A stretch of DNA of 62,337 nt, counting the filler. It is 9 parts of 9 records of this genome, joined end to end, with 100 filler letters (N's around TTAATTAATTAA, not from the genome) between each part and the next. Parts side by side here need not be neighbours in the genome. Positions count along the whole stretch, not along the records: positions 45,084 to 56,529 come from SRR31147125_18023; positions 56,630 to 62,337 come from SRR31147125_18054; 7 more parts are not named here. One strand, given 5' to 3'. Below, in pieces: positions 51,454 through 62,337 of the stretch. Numbering within the stretch: position 1 is the stretch's first letter; every line of letters starts with the position of its first letter. The notes beneath the pieces are model-generated. The model saw only the letters and a list, made by a program, of their open reading frames with translations. It was not told the DNA's origin and searched no databases. The position numbers and the translations under genes were made by a program.

Positions 51454-53062
51454 TTGATTTTGAAGTCGCAACTCCAAGAAAAATCACAAGAACCGGCTCT
51501 TGATAATTCTTTGCCAGACGCTGACAGCCTTGAGTCCAGTGCATTGAGTCATATCCAAAATGTTCTGGACAGTTTTGGTGAATTGCCCTCTCCCCCTGCT
51601 ATTGCTGTTAGAATTCTGGATGCGGTTAAGGATGACAAAGAATGCTTTCGCTCGTTGGCCCAGGTGATTTCATCCGACCCTGCCCTGACGGCAAAAATGC
51701 TGAAAGTGGCGAATTCCTCCATTTATGGAGTGCCCAGGCGGGTTGATACCATTGAAATGGCGCTGACCGTTTTGGGTATCAGAGCCCTGAAAAATATTGC
51801 TCTTTCTTTTGTTATTGCCGGTGAAATTCAGAATGCCTGTAGCGGTGCTTTTGATTTTAAGAAGTTCTGGAAAGGCGCTGTTACTTCGGCAGTGGCGGCT
51901 GAAATGTATTCTTCCTTGTTGGGGGAAAAAAATGATGACACTTTTGTCAGCGCACTCCTGCAGGACATTGGCTATCTAGTCATGTTTCTGACTCGGCCGG
52001 AGGATTATATCAGAGTAATGAGCCAAGGAAAAGGTTCCGAACTTAACCGAATTGAATATGAAAGGGAAATTTTCGGTTTTGATCACCAGGAGCTTGGGGC
52101 CGCCATGTTAAAAGATTGGGGGTTGCCTGAAACCATTTATATGCCGATCCTTTATCATCATATTTCTGAGCAGTGTCCTGATGGCTATCAAGATCGTGCT
52201 TTTGTTTTATTTGCATCTCATTTGCTTTCTTCCGTCTATCAGAATCATAACAGTGGGGAAAAAGCTCAACAGGTTCACAACCTGTTAAAGGGAAAAAGCA
52301 ACTTGCTGCCGATGAAGTTGAAAAGCTTATCGACTCAGTGGCAGAAAATACTACGGAAATTTTTTCAACCTTTGAATTGGGCAACGAGAAAATCAAACCA
52401 TATTCTCAGCTGCTTCAGGAGGCAAACCAGGAACTTGGAAAGTTGAATCTTTCCTATGAACAATTGATTTTGGATTTAAAAGGAGCTAAAGACGAAGCGG
52501 AAAATCTGGCGACCCAGCTGATGGACGCCAATCAGACACTCAATTCGTTGGCTTTTAATGATTCTTTGACCGGTAGTTACAATCATCGTTATTTCCTGGA
52601 TATGCTGGCAAATGAACTTGAGCGTTCTCTCAGATATTCCTGTCATTTGTCCCTGATGTTTTTCGATGTCGACCATTTTAAAAATATCAATGATTCTTAT
52701 GGTCATCTGGCGGGGGATTTTTTATTGAAGACCCTTGTAAACAGGGTTGCAAAAATAATCCGAAATTCAGACATATTGGCGCGCTTTGGCGGGGATGAGT
52801 TCGCCGTTATTATGCCGGAGACCAATCCCAGTGGTCTGAAGGTTTTTCTGAGCGGGTCAGAAGAGGCATTGAACAGATGGCCGTTGGCGTAGAAGGCCAC
52901 ACCGTTAATGTCACCGTCAGCATTGGGGGTACGACTGTTAACCCGGGCGTTTCAGTTGGCGATCCGCGTCTTTTGATCCAAGCCGCTGACCAGGCTGTTT
53001 ATCAATCTAAAGAGCGTGGCAGAAATAAATTCACTTTCCTTCCCTTTGAAGAAGTTTGCTGA
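51454..53062 (+). CDS. HDOD-GGDEF diguanylate cyclase (frameshifts near 52295 and 52850)
   Basis: LPSPP, DPALTAKMLKVANSS, FGFDHQELG (HDOD); DVDHFKNINDSYGH, RFGGDEF, VTVSIG, KERGRN. Confidence 0.88.
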
Positions 53063-53505
53063 GCGTGCTCACTACTTTCCAGAGGGGAAAAATTTTCTGC
53101 TATGAATAAACGTACAACTCAGGCGTGCTAGGATATTTTCGCCAATTCCCTTCTTTTCACTTTCACCAGAACTCCCCTTTTTCCTTTTGTAGAATCTTAA
53201 TTATTGATAGAATTTCGGATGTTTAAAAGTAGTCCTTCCTGGTCGCTTCTGGTGCCGGCGGGAATGAAAAAATTTCGTAATTTTCTGCTGAATGAAAAAT
53301 AACGGCCAGATGTTGCCATCCTCCGAAATTCTTGTAAATTTAATGGAACGTGGAGAAGAATTATTTTTCCGGTTGTTTTAAATGCCAGAATGGGGTATTT
53401 AAAGGCGGGAAATTTTATCTTGGGTTTTAGTTAATATTAATGATATAGACTATTTTTTGGGTCGTCTAATTTAGTACCTGTCAGGAAAAGAAGGGAGTTA
53501 TTGTA

Positions 53506-54567
53506 ATGGCTGATCTTTCGACCAAGTATATGGGGCTTGAGCTTTCAAGTCCTGTTGTTGTGGGGAGTAGCAGTCTGGCCAGCTCGGTTGAGGGAGTAAA
53601 AAAACTCGAAGATGCCGGGGCCGCAGCTGTCGTATTGAAGTCTTTGTTCGAAGAGCAGATTTTTGCCGAAACGGAAGAAATGGGTGAACACAGCCATACG
53701 CTTTACGATTCCGAAGCGGCGGAATTTGTCGAGGCCTATGGACGGGAATTCGGGCCTAGAAATTATCTCAAACTGATTAAGGACACCAAAAAAGCCTGTT
53801 CCATTCCCATTATCGCCAGTTTGAATTGCTTCTCCCAAAAATGGTGGGTAAATTACGCCAAAAAAATTGAAGCTGCCGGAGCTGATGCCCTGGAACTGAA
53901 CATTGGTGTTATGCCCAGCAATCCGAAGCTGACGTCGGAAGAGGTGGAAGCTCTCTATCTTGATGTTGTCAAGGACATCAAAAAGGAAATTAAAATTCCT
54001 GTCTCCTTGAAGATTGGCCCCTATTTCAGCTCTTTTGCCAACCTGGCTGTTACATTAAGCCGGGGCAGAGTTGAACATCATGACTTTGTCGTTGGCTGGT
54101 GCGGCACCACCCCTGGGCCTTCCGATAATAAAAAGAGGTGGAATGGCGTGGACGCTCTTGTGCTTTTCAACCGTTACTACCAGCTGGATATTGACATTGA
54201 AAAGATGGAGCTTGTTGCCGGCAATCCTTACAGTACTTCGGATGAAATCCATGAATCCATGCGCTGGATCAGCCTGCTTTCCGGCAGGGTTGATTGCGAT
54301 CTGGCTGCAACCACGGGTATTCATACCGGAGCTGATGCCATTAAGCAGATTCTGGCTGGTGCTAATGTGGTTCAGCTGTGTTCGACTCTTTACCAGCAGG
54401 GCTTGGGGCAGATCAAAAGTGTCCGTCAGGAAATCGAGGACTATATGGGTGCTCATGGATTTAATTCGATTGATGATTTTCGTGGTAAGCTGAGTCAGAA
54501 GAAGAGTGAATTCCCCACAGCCCATGAGAGACTCCAATATATCAAATTGTTTGTTGGAATCGAGTAA
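53506..54567 (+). CDS. Dihydroorotate dehydrogenase-like flavoprotein
   Basis: DLSTKYMGLELSSPV, VLKSLFEEQI, IIASLN, ADALELN, LVLFNRYYQLDID. Confidence 0.88.
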   Translation: MADLSTKYMGLELSSPVVVGSSSLASSVEGVKKLEDAGAAAVVLKSLFEEQIFAETEEMGEHSHTLYDSEAAEFVEAYGREFGPRNYLKLIKDTKKACSIPIIASLNCFSQKWWVNYAKKIEAAGADALELNIGVMPSNPKLTSEEVEALYLDVVKDIKKEIKIPVSLKIGPYFSSFANLAVTLSRGRVEHHDFVVGWCGTTPGPSDNKKRWNGVDALVLFNRYYQLDIDIEKMELVAGNPYSTSDEIHESMRWISLLSGRVDCDLAATTGIHTGADAIKQILAGANVVQLCSTLYQQGLGQIKSVRQEIEDYMGAHGFNSIDDFRGKLSQKKSEFPTAHERLQYIKLFVGIE

Positions 54568-54602
54568 AGAGATCTTCATTAGCTCTGTTTTTGAGAAAAT
54601 TC

Positions 54603-54638
54603 AAAACACCCCGCCTGTTTCAGGCGGGGTGTTTTTTT
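54603..54638 (+). terminator. Rho-independent terminator
   Basis: AAAACACCCCGCCTG-TTT-CAGGCGGGGTGTTTTTTT. Confidence 0.9.
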
Positions 54639-54804
54639 GAAGAAATTGCAAATCGATTTGCGAAACTGGTTTAAGTCTGGGTAAGCTTTACCGGATTAAA
54701 AATTTGCTAAAATTTATTTTAGGGTTGAAATTTGTAAGCAATTATATAAATATATTGAAAATTCAATATAGGGCTTCATATATACAGAAAGGAAGGTGTC
54801 GATA

Positions 54805-56489
54805 ATGGGAGATGGAAATCAAGTCGTTGTGATTGGTGGCGTTGCAGCAGGTATGAAGACGGCGTGCCGGATACTCCGTTTGAATCCTGCGGCCAAAGTG
54901 ACCGTGTTGGAGAAAAACAAAGAAGTTTCCTATGGCGCATGTTCTCTGCCTTATTATATTGAGGGGCATTTTGAAGATGTGGAAGATGTCCGTAAAACAC
55001 CTGTAGGTGTTTTGCGAGATGAGAAATTTTTGCCAACTGCAAAGGTTTTGAGGTCCGGACTTTGACGGAGGCTCTGGATATCGATCGTGGACGCAAAAAG
55101 GTTAAGGTGAGGAACCTTGAAAGCGGGCAGGAAGAGGAAATCCAGTACGACAAGCTGGTTCTGGCTACAGGCAATCAGCCTATTCTGCCCCCGGTCCCGG
55201 GTATAGATCTGGACGGTGTCTATCCCCTGAAAACCATGGCGGATGCTGAAAATATTCTTTCCCGTTCCAAATCTTGTAAAAAAGCGGTCATTGTGGGTGG
55301 TGGGCTTATCGGCCTTGAAGTCGGCGAAGCCTTGGTTCACAACGGGTTGCAGGTGTCTTTAATCGAAATGAAGAATCAGGTCTTGTGCAATGCCCTTGAT
55401 GATGGAATGGCGGGACTGGTCCATCGTGAGTTGAAAAAAAACGGGGTAAACCTCTGTCTTTCTCAGGCGCTTGAAAGCATTGAAGGGCAGGATGGAAAGG
55501 TGAGCGGTGTGAAAACTCCGCAGGGTACTTTAGATTGCGAAATGGTAGTGGTATCGATTGGGGTCAGACCGGTAGTTTCTCTGGCCCAGAAAGCCGGCCT
55601 GAAACTGGGCAAGACCGGAGCAATTGCCGTGGATGAGCACCTTCGTACCTCCGACCCTGACATTTACGGTGCCGGGGATTGTGTGGAGTCTAAACATCTC
55701 TTGAGTGGTGAATGTTTATACGTTCCTCTCGGCTCTACAGCCAATAAACAGGGGCGGGTGGTTGCTAACAATATCTGTGGCAAAGAGGAAACGTTTCCTG
55801 GAATCCTCAGCACGTTGATTGTCAAGGTTTTCAGCCAGAACGTGGCACGCACCGGACTGCTTCCCGAACAGGCCCTGGCTGCGGGTTTTGAGCCGGTGAG
55901 CATGCTCGCCCCTTCACCTGACAAAGTTCACAATTATCCGGACTGCAAACCGATCGATATCAAGCTTATTGCTGACAAGAAGAGCCGGAAGCTTATCGGA
56001 GCTCAGATTGTCGGTCCCGGGGATGTGGCCAAACGTATTGATACGATTATTGCCGGGATTTCTCTCGGTGTTACTGTTGATCAACTGGCCCAGTTGGACC
56101 TGGCTTATGCACCGCCTTTTTCCTCCGCCATGGATCCCCTCCATATTGCCGCCAATGCTCTGCGCAACAAGTTGGATGGCATTGTGGATAGCCTTGATCC
56201 GCGAGAGTTGTATGCTAAACAGCAAAATGGGGACGATTTTGTCTTTTTGGATGTCCGAAGTCCCAAGGAGTTTGAGGAGGTCCGGATCCCCGGCGGGACA
56301 CTCATCCCCTTGGGGGCTTTACGCGGCCGCTTGGATGAGCTTCCCAAAGAAAAGGAAATCATACCATTCTGTAAGATCAGCCTGAGAGGATACGAAGCCG
56401 CCTTGATACTCAAAGCTGCAGGGTTTGAAAAGGTGCGTTACATGGAAGGTGGAGTACTGGGCTGGCCATTTCAGCTTGAAACCAGTTAA
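54805..56489 (+). CDS. CoA-disulfide/persulfide reductase-like FAD-dependent oxidoreductase with C-terminal rhodanese domain (frameshift in T-run near 55030)
   Basis: GGVAAG, SYGACSLPY redox Cys, GGGLIGLE, YAPPFS, rhodanese LDVRSPKEF...FCKISLRG. Confidence 0.92.
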
Positions 56490-56529
56490 TTCCGTACGGG
56501 GTATCTGAAACAGGTGGCTGCGCCAAAAA

Positions 56530-56629
56530 NNNNNNNNNNNNNNNNNNNNNNNNNNNNNNNNNNNNNNNNNNNNTTAATTAATTAANNNNNNNNNNNNNNN
56601 NNNNNNNNNNNNNNNNNNNNNNNNNNNNN
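56530..56629. other. Artificial contig spacer
   Basis: N44-TTAATTAATTAA-N44. Confidence 0.99.
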
Positions 56630-59600
56630 AAGAGTTCCTTGCTTTTCGATTTCGTGAAGAAACCTTTTCCTTTCTCGGCCGCAGTGCTCAGAGTCACGAC
56701 AACTCCTTTACTGGTCACTTGGATCTTCGAAAGCACTGCGAGAGATGTTTGGACACCTTCTTCACCCCCACTACGCTTACAAACCCTTGTACGATGCCTC
56801 CCATTCCACTATTCGCTCGCGGGCATTCACAAACATAAGACGATTGTTCGTAACCAAGGCCACTCCCGTGTCCAAGGATGAATGGAATTCGTATACGTCA
56901 TCGACATACTTGCCACGGCTGATACGTTGAAGCAAATCCTGACCAAAGGACTCGCGAAGATTGTATTCCTGCACAGGAATGTGCCTTTCTTTCTTTCTTT
57001 CTTTCATTCAACCAAGTTAGTACACACCTTCAGTGCCCCGTCGCTGCCAATGACTCTTGGAGGGCGTGCTCGTGAACACTCCTGTTTTCCGCCGTCACAG
57101 GACTGCGCACACACACACACAGCATACCCGATCATCAAAGAACGTTGCCGTGTTCTTGAGTCCTTCAGCCGTTTTCGTAGCGAGATCAAACACTCCCGCA
57201 ACAGGCCGTGCGGCCACGCTGAGAGGAGGACAAGGTGAGGGGGATGAACGTTGCATTCAGGATCGCGAACACACACCCCACAACTCCTTTGCCCACTCCT
57301 TTGAAGAAACCTGTAGCACCTTCCTTCTTCGCGCCTTCAAACGGTTTGACCTGGAGGCACACAAATGAGGCAAGGATCCAATACGACCCATCCCGAAACA
57401 AACCACAAGCCCCGTCACGCCTTTGAACACTCCACGGCCAAGGCCCAGTGCTCCTTGTGCAAGCCCTTCGCCAATATGTTTCGGCTTCTCCCGTGAATGT
57501 CGTACACGTTCTCGTTTATCTTCTTCATCCATTGCGATTGTGGAGAATCCTTTCAGACCAGAATGATCAAAGAGAGGTCCGCCAGCAGCCTGAAAACGTC
57601 CCTACCTTTTCCAACGGCACCCGTCACATTGCCAACCGTGTTGAAGACACCAACCACTGTGTTCTTCAACAAACTCAGCGTTCCCTGATCCGAAACACGC
57701 GTCAGCATGTCTTCCCGGCCCACGCGTGGCATGGGGCCCATCCACCTTGGCCAACCCTGTGCCGAACTCTTGTGGACTCTTCACAATGCCTTGCGCTGGT
57801 TCGTAGAAGAAATCCATGACCCCTGTACCAAGGTTATTCAGGAGACCAACGGGGTTCCCTAGTAGTTCGAATGATCCCAAGATCTTGTATGCCTAGGAGA
57901 GTGGAACAGTGAGGTGAGGGGGCTGTGCCACACTACTGGACCTGCCTCTTGAATCCCTTGCCGGACGTAGTGGCTCGTAAGCCGACTCTTGAGAACTGAA
58001 ATTGTGGAGAAAGGATGATCCAACACCTGCAGAGGGATGTCTGAGGACACCTGAGGACACACACACACACACACAAAGATACACACGATGGCATTGAATC
58101 GCAAGGGAGTCTCTTGGACATTGGTCAACGCCACGCCTATTACCTTCAAGAACATACGAAGAGGATTCGTCCCTCTTTCCACCCGTCAAGTGAAAACAGG
58201 ACAAAACAAATCTGGGTGGATGATACGCTAGCTGGGCAGACATCTCGAATGTTAGATTGACCTTGATAGGATGGATATGGAGAAGTTCAAAGTAGCAGCG
58301 CTGCGAGCCTGACATGTCACCCTCAGAGAGTTCCAGTGGACTCCTACAAACGTCTTTCAGTGCAATGTAGCCCAAACTCGCGATCCGTACCCAGATTCCT
58401 TCTTTGCATCGCCTAGAGACAGGGTGTTGGCAAAGTTGATAATTCGTACCACAGATGCCTCGTCGATCTTCACTGTGAGTGCCTGAATCAAAATGGATGC
58501 GTATTTGTAGAATTCGATGCTTGTCTCTGTGGGAGGTCAGGTTCAGGATAACAAATGCGACGAAACTCATCACACGGCAAGATACGGAGGTTGTTCTTCA
58601 CAATACTGACTTGCAAGAACGGAGGGTCAGTTTCCTTCTTCCTGCCCCGACCTCGCAGAAGGATGGGATGAACAGCCCCCTCATTTGATTATCGACCTGA
58701 AATCGATCGACGGTGACAGCAATCTTCTTGTTGTACTTGGAGTCAGCTATAGACGCCATTACACCTTCCAGGGAGGTGTACAGGATCTCTTCTGGGGAGG
58801 AGTCTACCACAGAGAGACCAATGCCCGCCAGTCCCAATGTGATGTTATAGTTGAAGACTTCCGCATGCTCCCCGTCCTGTTGCATGGGTTGTGTGCGAAA
58901 TACAAGCCAGAGACCCAACCAGCCACGGGTGTGACGCGTACCTCTCCGTCATCGCATAGATCGTACCACATCTGGTCCGGCTGGTCGGCCACCACTAGTG
59001 TCTTCGTGGGTCCTACGGCACGAACACATGCGTAGACTACGCCGATTTCTCGATTTCGTTCATTCTGGTGGGCAGATACACACCCATCATCAGTGTCTGG
59101 TGCTGCTGGGGCATCATCATCCTTTGGACAACGTACCAAGAGTGCGAGTGGAGGGAAGGACTGGAACTCGTCCAAATTGAATTCCTGGGACACACACTCA
59201 GCACGCGTCACCACTCTCGTGTGTCCGTACGTGTGTCGTCACGCTTCCCTCAAAGGCAACCATGAGGCGTCGTTTCCCGAAGGGATCATCAAATGCAAAG
59301 GGTCGAATATCGAATGGTTGAATGGACTGGGGTTGTCGATCGAGTCCCTGCAATCCATACGGTCAATGACGCTACACTTATTCCTTTCACATACCTTTTC
59401 AGAAAGATAGAGGACCTGTGATGAGCGATTTTCGATTTTGTATCTGTAAGGAAGATCAGGCAAGCAAGAAGGGCATTGATGTGGACGCACGGTGGATGGG
59501 AGATATGCTCTTCGGCCACCAGAATGTGAATAGTGGCGTCCTAATGGATAGGTTGGTGTCAGCAGGAGTCGTTGTTCTCCGCGCCTGATCCCCACGAACA

Positions 59601-62337
59601 CTCTGCTTCATCTCGACTCTCATTATGAAGATGTCATTCTCACGGGCACAGTGAACTGCAACGGGGAAATCCGATAGACTGTCCAGAATGAATCCACGGG
59701 ACCTGCAGAACACTGAGCTCTTGTTTCCATTTTCACATACCGCTCCGTACCATGCCCATCCCTCCAGATCTAGTCGAAGACACATTCGCCTGTTCTTCTC
59801 ACGGTCCCAGTGAAAGGGTGCCTGTCCTCCGGGACACACCACCGTTGTCGCGGTATTTGTCGTCTCGGATCCCACTTGTGCAACACACAGAGAATGTGCG
59901 AGACGGTTCACCACAACGTATCGTGGCGTCAGGGTTACAACCCTTGTCCGTCGGAACTACAGGGGCAATGATGTGAGAACACAGCTTAGTGCACCAACCA
60001 ATACCTACCTTTTCAGGAGCTAGGTGAATGGAGCAGCCAATTTCATACACCATCTTTCGTTGACCAGAGGATGCCGTGACTGAGAAAGCCCCTGTGGACC
60101 CGGCTGTCTCCAAGCTAAAGGGCTAGATCCACCCATTCAGTCATCCATGCCCTGATATCTTTCCTTACCTTGCACCACTCCGAGTCCTCAACTTTCACTT
60201 GCAGCTTACTGCTAAACACACTGAACTTTGCATAGGAAAACATGAAGTCTCCCCCGTTGCCCTTCGCTCTTCCTGTGCCACACACGCCAGGGTCGGTATC
60301 CAAACAGACAACACAAAAGTCCGTCCACCTTGCCCTGCCGCAATCTTTCCTTCGGATAGTATATCAGTCGAATCTTGGCGATAGGTGAGGCGCAATCCTG
60401 TGCTGTTCCGAATCCAATAAGGACAATACACGGAGACCATTCGCGTATGATCCACAAGACTACACAGGTCGTGAGCTTGGAACCACGGAAGGAACAACAA
60501 AAAACGAACGATGAATCGATGTTGACATTGAAAGGAAGTCCGTCCGCATCACTGAACTCCAGTTTGCTACTCAAATCACCACCGTGAATCACTCCCCCAG
60601 TGCTCCAACCGAAGCCTAGTGAGTGCATAGAGTTGGTTAAAAGGAATGGAAACAGGACCGCAGACAAACCTGGAACACTGGCGATCATAGACAATCGTCT
60701 CTTCATGTCTGTTTCATAGATCACACGACTTTCGCCCTTGTTAAGAGATCCTGATGCATAAATGTAGTTTCGTTCATCATGAATTCTGAAAGGAAGCAGT
60801 GGTCAAGGGGAAGCAAGGCGCAAATACCACCAAGACGGCACCGATAATCCATTCGTGTTGCCAACAAATTCTCGAGGACAAGTGGAGCCCGCACGCAAAT
60901 CTCCATCATACATCCCTTCACTCTGGACACCTGGGATCAGAGGAGAAACGAACAATGACCCATCCACGTACTTGCCCTTGCTGACTTGACGGGGCGTGAG
61001 GGCGAAATACGAGTGCATCACCCCCGTTCCCCCGTCGGCCTCTTCGGAAATCACACCAAACTGGAGCGAACAAGGGTGGGTGTAATCCACCCAGTCACGG
61101 CCACGCATGACACGTACAGAGGCAGCCTCCATCGTATCCCAGATCCCCACTTCTGTGCTCCAGTTGTACGCGTTGGAGGGCCGACAGCAGAATTTCGCGT
61201 CCGTTATAAAACGCAAGGGAGCATAGACCACGGTATCAGGTTCTGCATCGAACTTAGATTGTCCAAGTCCCCAATACAATACGCACCGAGCGTTGTTGAC
61301 CAATCTCCTACGGGCGATAGAACTCCCATCTCCCAAGAACGTGATGTGGCATTCCGAATACAAACGGACGACCGGAGCAAGAGAACCTTTGTCTCATCTT
61401 CCACGCGTACCTGACGAATGGCTGATTCACTCCTGAAATGAAATGATGACGGGGGATTCGTACCTCGGCATACAAGTTTTCGCCATTGGCGAGAGGAAAG
61501 ATGCCAAAACCCTTCTTTCGAAACGGAACGTGGCTGGCACTCCCCCACGGATCGCCAAGATTCACAACGAGATGGTCCATTGTGGTGTCCACAGCCTAGG
61601 TTGAATTGTTTGCATGAGAGAACGCACACACTCCGAATTCATACCCTTGCATCACTGCGAGCGAAAACACGAACTCCGATGGGGGCATCTTCCCCATCAT
61701 TCACTCTCCATTCCTCTTGTGTGCCTGTCGTGTGCTCCAAATGATAGGATAGTGGCAGTCCCGTTCGATTGGACAAGACAAAGGGTGAGAAGGACGTAGT
61801 GAGGGCTTGAACCTTCTTGTTGTACTCCTTGTCCCATGCACTGAGTGTCTTGATTGTGTTGTTGATAAAGGTAGGTGTTGCATTGATGTTCAAAACGTGT
61901 GGAGATTCTACAACCAAACCAAATTTGACGCTTCCGTTTTGTTGGAGCTGAACACGACAAGAACCATTGTCAACGAGACGAGATAGTCCCTGTACACGTA
62001 CCATGAGGGAAAAGGACCATGGCTCGATAAGTGGTTCCCAACACACAAGGTCGGAGTTGTAGTAGTTCATTCCCAGGGCAACGTCCATGCGCCCCTCAAC
62101 CTGATTTGAATCAGCTCAGCCCGTGAGGACGACCAACCCACATCAATGCCTCTTCGTGCGATGTATCCAGCGAGTTCACTGAGGTGAAGATGAACAACGG
62201 GGAAGTTGCGCTCTCCAACGTCATTGATGATCGTTAGCGTTACACCATCAGTGGCCAGAGAGATCTGTTCGTCGTGTATGAGTGCAACCCCGTCGTCACA
62301 CAACCAGTGGCCTAGTCACCCGTTCCACAAGGTCATG
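56630..62337 (-). CDS. VPS13: Eukaryotic VPS13-family lipid transfer protein, C-terminal region, multi-exon (partial at both ends)
   Basis: NYYNSDLVCWEPLIEPW, YCPYWIRNSTG, GIGLSVVD...PEEILY...FQVDNQ, YFELLHIHPIKVNLTF, GSFELLGNPVGLLNNLGTGVMDFFYEP, GFFKGVGKG, RARPPR; pieces joined by short GT-AG introns. Confidence 0.95.
57550..57605 (-). other. 56-nt GT-AG intron in VPS13
   Basis: G|GTAGGG...GAAAG|GA joins AVGK-G-FSTIAMDEE in frame. Confidence 0.85.
57685..57745 (-). other. 61-nt GT-AG intron in VPS13
   Basis: AAG|GTGGAT...GCTGAC...ATCAG|GGA joins GTGLAK-GTLSLLKN in frame. Confidence 0.85.

Noticed and set aside
4516-55035. Many frameshifts (gspD, CAP, methyltransferase, DUF3786, dipeptidase, HDOD-GGDEF, CoADR and others) as programmed frameshifting, phase variation or pseudogenes
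   Set aside because: Most look like single-base losses in short homopolymers, spread across unrelated organisms; best explained as sequencing error
8096-56629. Recurrent TTAATTAATTAA as a biological repeat or CRISPR-like array
   Set aside because: Always centred in N44 padding; an artificial six-frame-stop linker
56986-58075. (TTTC)n and (CA)n microsatellites
   Set aside because: Short, intronic and ordinary for eukaryotic DNA
1-62337. CRISPR arrays, transposases, integrases, rRNA, selenocysteine or alternative genetic codes
   Set aside because: None recognised by eye; broken ORFs are explained by indels or introns rather than in-frame stop read-through

Overview
This window is not one locus. 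It contains nine unrelated fragments (about 5-11 kb each) joined by eight identical 100-bp artificial spacers (N44-TTAATTAATTAA-N44). Many genes carry single-base frameshifts in homopolymers, consistent with unpolished long-read or metagenomic sequence. (1) 1-8095: Desulfobacterota-like type II secretion genes gspM-N-C-D, a CAP/SCP protein, a UPF0280 remnant and an AT-rich methyltransferase. (2) 8196-13420: a translationally coupled operon (FN3/TPR membrane protein, small NPNSSS protein, TlpA lipoprotein, purple-acid-phosphatase-like protein) plus two VPLPA/PEP-CTERM-type genes. (3) 13521-18766: a eukaryotic, intron-containing gene for a giant filamin-repeat/EGF/LamG protein. (4) 18867-24600: Planctomycete-like surface proteins with Cys-less thioredoxin-like tails. 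(5) 24701-30246: prc, znuA, zur-znuCB with a clear Zur box. (6) 30347-39723: UbiA prenyltransferase, DUF6125-like and FeS-DUF3786 genes, and sensor proteins. (7) 39824-44983: low-GC YheO/DauR-regulated RidA-aminotransferase-peptidase operon beside a tRNA-3'-like remnant. (8) 45084-56529: mixed redox and housekeeping genes, plus two unannotated long rod-like RNA structures flanking a ferritin-like gene. One of them sits in a complete candidate sigma54 promoter-to-terminator unit with a CU-rich anti-Shine-Dalgarno tract, and is the best novel candidate in the window. (9) 56630-62337: C-terminal part of a protist VPS13 gene with many short GT-AG introns. Taxonomic and family assignments come from motif recognition only; no database search was run.
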